Part shown: positions 59,130 to 64,000 of the stretch, in pieces
How positions within the stretch are numbered: position 1 is the stretch's first letter
Layout: each line of letters starts with the position of its first letter
Assembly: GCA_009774375.1 (NCBI GenBank)
Contig: VSNO01000005.1
Span: 1,816 to 65,815 of the forward strand
Source of the DNA: Lachnospiraceae bacterium
GTDB lineage: Bacteria > Bacillota > Clostridia > Lachnospirales > Lachnospiraceae
Length of the DNA: 64,000 bases
Direction: 5' to 3'
Translations under genes and position numbers: made by a program
Notes under the pieces: generated by a model
Seen by the model: the letters and a program-made list of their open reading frames with translations, nothing else
Databases searched by the model: none
What the model was told of the DNA's origin: nothing

Positions 59130-60110
59130 TCATTCCTCTTCCAGGCTGCCCGGCTCCCCTGTCTCCTCCTGTGTACCGCTCTCGGGTTCCCTGTTCAACA
59201 GCTCTATCTTCCCAGTGTCCACCTTCACCGCCGGGCGCACGCCAAATCCCTCCAGCCCTGCCGCCTTGTCGCCGCGCAGCAGCCTCGATCTGTAACCGAT
59301 ATCGACGACATAGCAGTTGCTCGCCATATCCGGCACCGGCTCGCGCAGCCACCAGTAATACGCCTCGATCCCCAGCTCGAGCGAATACATGTTGTACCAT
59401 GTCGTCTGATCCTGTTCGACTGCCTGCGGCGTCGGCTTCGCACGGATACTGACATCCGCCTCGACAAGCCACGACAGTTCGTCCTCCGAGAGCAGGTACA
59501 CCAGATCCGTGCTCCGAACCTCCCCGCCATCCAGTGCATTGCCGTTTGTGACGTTCTCTGTCGGCACGATCGCGTCCCGCTCCTGCTGGGTAAATCCGGT
59601 GAGAAATCCGGGCTCGCTCGCGTATCCGTTCTTGTGGGAGGACATCGCGCCCGCGACAGGCCCGATCCCGTCATAGATCACATTCTCCCTGTCTGAGTTC
59701 AGCCATGCCCGAAGATCCGAGTCCGCCCAACGGCTGTTGCCGCGCACATGCGCCTGCAGCTCCATATCGCTGTCCGCCTCCGTCCGGTCAACACTCCAGT
59801 AGCTGTTCCCGTCGTCATCACAGTTAAATTCTCCGCTGTCCGCCGCATTAAACGCCTTCATCGTCAGGATATTCTCGGCAATCAGCACCACCTCTCCATT
59901 CTTTTCAATGCCGATGACCCTCCACTCGATCGGTTCGCCGAGATACGTTCCGAACAGGACATGGTCCCCCAGCGCAGGGAGCATGTCAGCGCCGGTCTGC
60001 CGTGCCATGCCTCTCTCGTGAAAATACATGATGGTGCAGATCGTCACGACCGCGATCATCTCAATGAGCTCAAGCGCCCTCTTGCGTCTGTCTGTACTTC
60101 TGTCCTTCAC
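59130..60110 (-). CDS. Membrane-anchored extracytoplasmic protein, DUF6273-like
   Basis: N-terminal TM (IEMIAVVTICTIMYF), then FGTYLGEPIEWRVIG, YWWLREP and GVRPAVKV, motifs I associate with DUF6273. GTG start with GGGGAAG SD, 19 nt after the cadA stop. Confidence 0.6.
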   Translation of the reverse strand: MKDRSTDRRKRALELIEMIAVVTICTIMYFHERGMARQTGADMLPALGDHVLFGTYLGEPIEWRVIGIEKNGEVVLIAENILTMKAFNAADSGEFNCDDDGNSYWSVDRTEADSDMELQAHVRGNSRWADSDLRAWLNSDRENVIYDGIGPVAGAMSSHKNGYASEPGFLTGFTQQERDAIVPTENVTNGNALDGGEVRSTDLVYLLSEDELSWLVEADVSIRAKPTPQAVEQDQTTWYNMYSLELGIEAYYWWLREPVPDMASNCYVVDIGYRSRLLRGDKAAGLEGFGVRPAVKVDTGKIELLNREPESGTQEETGEPGSLEEE

Positions 60111-60129
60111 TTTTCTTCCCCGCCTGATC

Positions 60130-62004
60130 TTAAGATTTTAACGTCCTGGTGGCATTTAATACCGCGATGATCATGACACCGACATCCGCAAAGATCGCCC
60201 ACCACATGTTGACAAAGCCGACCGCGCCCAGCCCGAGGCACGCAAACTTGACCACCAGCGCGAACACGATATTCTGGTGCACGATCCCCAGCGTCTTTCT
60301 CGATATGTTCATGGCGGTGGCGATCTTCGCCGGATCATCGTCCATCAGCACGATATCCGCCGCCTCGATCGCCGCGTCTGAGCCGAGCGCCCCCATCGCG
60401 ATCCCGATGTCAGCCCTTGACAGCACCGGTGCGTCGTTGATGCCGTCCCCGACGAACGCAAGCCGCTCCTTCTCTCCTTTTGACGCCAGAAGCCTCTCCA
60501 CCTCGGCAACCTTGTCCGCCGGAAGCAGTTCGCTCTTCACGACATCCACGCCAAGCTCCGCTGCCACTGCTTCCGCCACGTTCCCCGCGTCGCCTGTCAG
60601 CATGACCACCTGCCTGACGCCCGCCGCCTTCAGACCTGCGATCGCCGCTCCCGCATTCGGCTTGACGATATCCGAGATCAGAATATATCCGGCATACCGG
60701 CCGTCGACCGCCACATGGACTTCCGTTCCGATATTCTGCGGCACTGTGTACGCGATATTTAGCATTCTCATGAACTTGGCATTTCCTGCCGATACTTTCC
60801 TGCCATCGATGACCGCTGACACACCGTGGCCGCTGATCTCCTCCACATCACAGACCCTGCCCGCATCGATCTGCTTTCCAGTCCGCTTTCCGTAAGCGTC
60901 CTTTAAGCTCCTGCTGATCGGGTGGTTCGAATAGCTCTCCGCATAAGCCGCCATCTCAAGGAGCTCATCCGCATCCAGTCCCTCTGCGGCCTCGATGTGC
61001 GTCACCTCAAAGACGCCCTTCGTCAGTGTTCCGGTTTTGTCACACACCACGTATTTTGTCTCCGAGAGCGCCTCCAGATAGTTCGAACCCTTCACGAGCA
61101 CGCCCTTGGAGGACGCCCCGCCGATACCGCCAAAGAAGCTGAGCGGTATGGATATGACGAGTGCGCACGGACAGCTGATGACGAGTGTCGTGAGCGCCCT
61201 GATCACCCACTGCGACCAGCCCGCCGGATTGCCCATCATGAGGTTGACCACAGGCGGCAGCACTGCAAGCGCGAGGGCGCCGATGCACACTGCTGGCGTG
61301 TAATACTTTGCAAAACGGGTGATAAAGTTCTCCGACCTTGATTTCTTCATGCTGGAATTCTCCACCAGATCCAGGATCTTTGAGACGGTGGACTCCCCGA
61401 ACTCCTTCGTCGTCTCGATCCGGAGCAATCCTGTCAGGTTCACGCACCCGCTGATCACCTCATCCCCCTCCTGCACCTCCCTCGGAAGGCTCTCGCCGGT
61501 GAGGGCGCTCATGTTGAGCGTGGAGGCTCCCCCCACGACCACACCGTCGATCGGCACTTTCTCTCCCGGCTGTACCACGATCACCGTCCCGACCTCAACA
61601 TCGTCGGGATCGACCTGCTCGAGCTGCCCATCCTGCTCAATGTTCGCATAGTCCGGCCGGATATCCATGAGCGCCGATATGTTCCTGCGGCTCTTTCCCA
61701 CCGCATAACTCTGGAAGAGCTCGCCGATCTGGTAAAACAGCATGACAGCCGTCCCCTCGACATACTCCCCGAGAATGATGGCGCCCACCGTGGCAAGCGC
61801 CATCAGAAAATTCTCGTCAAATACCTGGCCGTTGACGATCCCAAGCACTGCCTTTCTGAGTATGTCATATCCGATGATCAGATATGGTATCAAAAACAGT
61901 GCCAGTCTGACATATGGGTTGTTGACCGGTATCAGGCTGAATACCGCAACCAGTACGGCTGATACGATGATCCTGACCAGCACTTTTTTTTGCTTCTTGG
62001 TCAT
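60130..62004 (-). CDS. cadA: P1B-type heavy-metal (Cd/Zn/Co-type) translocating ATPase without N-terminal HMA domain
   Basis: CPC motif ISCPCALVIS, phosphorylation site CDKTGTLT, and hinge VGDGINDAP. Confidence 0.9.
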   Translation of the reverse strand: MTKKQKKVLVRIIVSAVLVAVFSLIPVNNPYVRLALFLIPYLIIGYDILRKAVLGIVNGQVFDENFLMALATVGAIILGEYVEGTAVMLFYQIGELFQSYAVGKSRRNISALMDIRPDYANIEQDGQLEQVDPDDVEVGTVIVVQPGEKVPIDGVVVGGASTLNMSALTGESLPREVQEGDEVISGCVNLTGLLRIETTKEFGESTVSKILDLVENSSMKKSRSENFITRFAKYYTPAVCIGALALAVLPPVVNLMMGNPAGWSQWVIRALTTLVISCPCALVISIPLSFFGGIGGASSKGVLVKGSNYLEALSETKYVVCDKTGTLTKGVFEVTHIEAAEGLDADELLEMAAYAESYSNHPISRSLKDAYGKRTGKQIDAGRVCDVEEISGHGVSAVIDGRKVSAGNAKFMRMLNIAYTVPQNIGTEVHVAVDGRYAGYILISDIVKPNAGAAIAGLKAAGVRQVVMLTGDAGNVAEAVAAELGVDVVKSELLPADKVAEVERLLASKGEKERLAFVGDGINDAPVLSRADIGIAMGALGSDAAIEAADIVLMDDDPAKIATAMNISRKTLGIVHQNIVFALVVKFACLGLGAVGFVNMWWAIFADVGVMIIAVLNATRTLKS

Positions 62005-62049
62005 TTTGTTTCACATCCTTTCTGATCTTAGCTTAGATGCGACAGCTCC

Positions 62050-62268
62050 TTATATAAAGATCTCGCAGTCCGATTCTACCTTCTTACAGTTCTTCAGCAC
62101 TTCTGTCATGACAGCGGACACATCGGCGCCCTCCTCGAATTCAACCTTCATCTTCTGCGGCATAAATGCGACCGTCGCTTCCTTCACACCGTTTGTCCTG
62201 TTTGCCGCTTCCTCCATCTTTGCCGCGCACGCTGCGCAGTCTACCTCGATCTTGTACGTTTTTTTCAT
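62050..62268 (-). CDS. Stand-alone heavy-metal-associated (HMA) domain protein
   Basis: MKKTYKIEVDCAACAAKMEEAANRTNGVKEATV is an HMA fold with a CxxC motif. AAGGAGAGGA SD upstream. Confidence 0.8.
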   Translation of the reverse strand: MKKTYKIEVDCAACAAKMEEAANRTNGVKEATVAFMPQKMKVEFEEGADVSAVMTEVLKNCKKVESDCEIFI

Positions 62269-62363
62269 TGTGATCCTCTCCTTTTCCATATTTTTCTCAT
62301 CGATATGCCTGTTTCCAAACACTGTATTTGCCTGCCGTGCCTTTGGCACACGCTCTTTTTCGG

Positions 62364-62681
62364 CTATTCCTCCAGCACATGCTCCATGCCGATGCGGATG
62401 ATCGCCGAGACATGCTCATCCGCGATGGAGTAATAGATGCTCTTGCCTTCCCGCTTCGTCCTGACCAGCTTGCTCTGCTTTAAGAGCGCCAGCTGATGGC
62501 TCACTCCTGACTGTGTCATGTTCAGCCGCTCGGCGATATCCCCCACACACAGCTCCTCGTGATCCATGAGCAGGGAAAGGATCAGAAGCCGGGTGGAATC
62601 CCCGAATATCTTGAATATTGCTGCCAGATCCTCTATTGTTTCCGTCGTCTCCATGTTGACGCTTTTGTCCGTATCCTTCAA
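62364..62681 (-). CDS. ArsR/SmtB-family metalloregulator (CadC-like)
   Basis: FKIFGDSTRLLILSLL...CVGDIAERLNMTQSGVSHQLALLK is a typical ArsR HTH. TTG start with GGGAGG SD. Confidence 0.9.
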   Translation of the reverse strand: MKDTDKSVNMETTETIEDLAAIFKIFGDSTRLLILSLLMDHEELCVGDIAERLNMTQSGVSHQLALLKQSKLVRTKREGKSIYYSIADEHVSAIIRIGMEHVLEE

Positions 62682-62780
62682 TCAGCCGCCTCCCTCTCTT
62701 CTCTTACGATCCTTGCTTACAGTCCTTGTTGATCATACTGTGCAATGACCTTCCTGTGTATTTATTTAATGTATTTTTCT

Positions 62781-62818
62781 TATATGAACATTTAATCATA
62801 TATTCATCTATTTGTCAA
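62781..62818 (-). promoter_or_regulatory. Putative cad operon promoter (TTGACA-17-TTAAAT) with overlapping imperfect palindrome TGAAnAT...ATnTTCA
   Basis: The 22-bp imperfect inverted repeat TGAACATTTAATCATATATTCA (16/22 self-complementary) spans the spacer and -10. This position is consistent with an ArsR-type operator. Confidence 0.4.
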
Positions 62819-62887
62819 GCCGCTAATTCAACATTTTTTCATACATTCTTATTAAACTTTTTCAAACATTCATACTAAGCATTTCTA

Positions 62888-63598
62888 TCAAACACTCTTA
62901 TCAAGCATTTCTAAATCAAACGTCATCTGTCTGTATACAGGATCCTCCTGTATCTCCGCTATGAAGGCATTCAGACCAGCCATGTCGCGGATCACACGCA
63001 CGCCGCCCTGCTGTTCAAGCCACCGGTTGCCGGAAGCATACCGTACAAGCCGGCTGTCGACACAGGCCAGACGCCTCCCCTGCCTGATCGCATACCGCAC
63101 CGTGTGCATCGTCCCGCTGTCACACTCCGCCTCGACTACGATCACGCCGTCGCTGATCCCGCTCTGCAGGCGATCCCTCTCCACATACTGATATCTGCGC
63201 ACCGGTGTCTGCGGAGGGTACTCGCTGAGCAGACAGCCTCCGCCAGCCAGCAGGCGTTCTGCCAGTCCGGCATTGGCGTGCGGCACGATCTGGTCCAGCC
63301 CGCAGGGCATGACTGCCACACAGGTTCCGCCCGCTGCCAGCGCCCCCCTCAGCGCATGGGTATCACAGCCCAGCGCCAGCCCGTTCACCACGCTGATTCC
63401 CCTTCTGCCAAGCTCGCAGCCGATCCGGTATGCAGCCGCTATGCCCCGGTCAGACGCGCGCCTGCTGCCGATCACTGCCACGCTGCGCCTCTGATCGATC
63501 ACGTCGATCCCGCCCCTGTAGTACAGTTCCGAGGGCGGTCGGAAGATCGATGCCAGCCTGTCCGGATAATCATCCCAAAACAGCTCTGTCCGTCTCAT
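62888..63598 (-). CDS. Short DprA/Smf-like protein (Rossmann-fold domain only)
   Basis: VAVIGSRRASDRG...VVNGLALGCDTHALRGAL...VAVMPCGLD...PHANAGL...SEYPP...RDRLQSG...VVEAECDSGTMHT matches the DprA core. At 236 aa it has no SAM or C-terminal wHTH extension. The ATG at 63598 overlaps the upstream TGA (ATGA). Confidence 0.8.
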   Translation of the reverse strand: MRRTELFWDDYPDRLASIFRPPSELYYRGGIDVIDQRRSVAVIGSRRASDRGIAAAYRIGCELGRRGISVVNGLALGCDTHALRGALAAGGTCVAVMPCGLDQIVPHANAGLAERLLAGGGCLLSEYPPQTPVRRYQYVERDRLQSGISDGVIVVEAECDSGTMHTVRYAIRQGRRLACVDSRLVRYASGNRWLEQQGGVRVIRDMAGLNAFIAEIQEDPVYRQMTFDLEMLDKSV

Positions 63599-64000
63599 CG
63601 TTCTATATTCTCGCACCACTTCAAAATATGATCCGTTCTGATCTGCAGCTTTCCCTCATAGATGTTGACGGGCACTGGTTGCGTCATATCATGGATCTGT
63701 GCATAGATGTCACTCTCAAAGAAAAAGACAACGAGCTGCTTTTTGTATGGATCGAGTATCCAGTACTCCCGCACCCCCGCATTCTCATATTTCATGAGCT
63801 TCTTGAAATAATCCTTGCGTTTTGTGGCGGGTGAGATCACTTCCAGCACGAAATCCGGCGCGCCAAACACCCTGCCCTTCACAAGCTTTTCGCTGTCGCA
63901 GAGGATCAGCACATCCGGCTGCACCATCGTCTTGTCGTCACGATCCAACTGCACATCGATCGGTGATATACCTGCCTCGCACTCCCCATTGTTGTCCATG
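63595..64000 (-). CDS. Uma2-family (DUF820) PD-(D/E)XK endonuclease-like protein, N-terminus probably beyond window
   Basis: VQPDVLIL...APDFVLEVISPATKRKDYFKKLMKYENAGVREYWILDP is the Uma2 catalytic-core signature (D...E-x-S/K). The reading frame stays open to the window edge. Confidence 0.75.
   Translation of the reverse strand, partial: MDNNGECEAGISPIDVQLDRDDKTMVQPDVLILCDSEKLVKGRVFGAPDFVLEVISPATKRKDYFKKLMKYENAGVREYWILDPYKKQLVVFFFESDIYAQIHDMTQPVPVNIYEGKLQIRTDHILKWCENIER

Overview
This is a high-GC (~55%) Clostridia/Lachnospiraceae-like chromosomal segment. All calls rest on motif recognition and manual translation; no database search or fold prediction was possible. I call 51 protein-coding genes, 45 on the minus strand and 6 on the plus strand. 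I recognised no rRNA, tRNA, CRISPR array, IS element or prophage. Most long opposite-strand ORFs in the six-frame track are antisense shadows of real genes. The left and central parts are mostly housekeeping: pepF, a GH95 fucosidase, a BlaI/BlaR1-like pair, radA, clpC, purE-purM-purN-purD, pyrF-pyrE, nrdD, malQ with a LacI regulator, ugd, an XPD/DinG-like helicase, a heterodimeric ABC exporter, a MATE pump, two chemoreceptors and purL. The right end (about 56.2-64 kb) looks accessory: an SMI1/KNR4 immunity-like gene, an AgrC/AgrA-like two-component pair behind a DUF6273-like membrane protein, a cadC-HMA-cadA metal operon, and a short DprA-like gene translationally coupled to a Uma2-type nuclease gene. 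The main points worth follow-up are: (1) a 15-nt direct repeat with 21-bp period, the usual LytTR-operator geometry, between the AgrC-like kinase and the SMI1/KNR4 gene, in a module with no agrB/agrD; (2) a PurF homologue in which the N-terminal Cys nucleophile and other glutaminase residues are replaced; (3) a dCache chemoreceptor and solute-binding-protein pair wedged between that purF-like gene and purL with tiny gaps; (4) an NrdD with a C-terminal CPNC thioredoxin-like domain, tandem NrdR boxes and no adjacent nrdG; (5) the ATGA-coupled Uma2/DprA-like pair; (6) a structured leader in front of the asymmetric ABC exporter. None of these is proven to be a new system.
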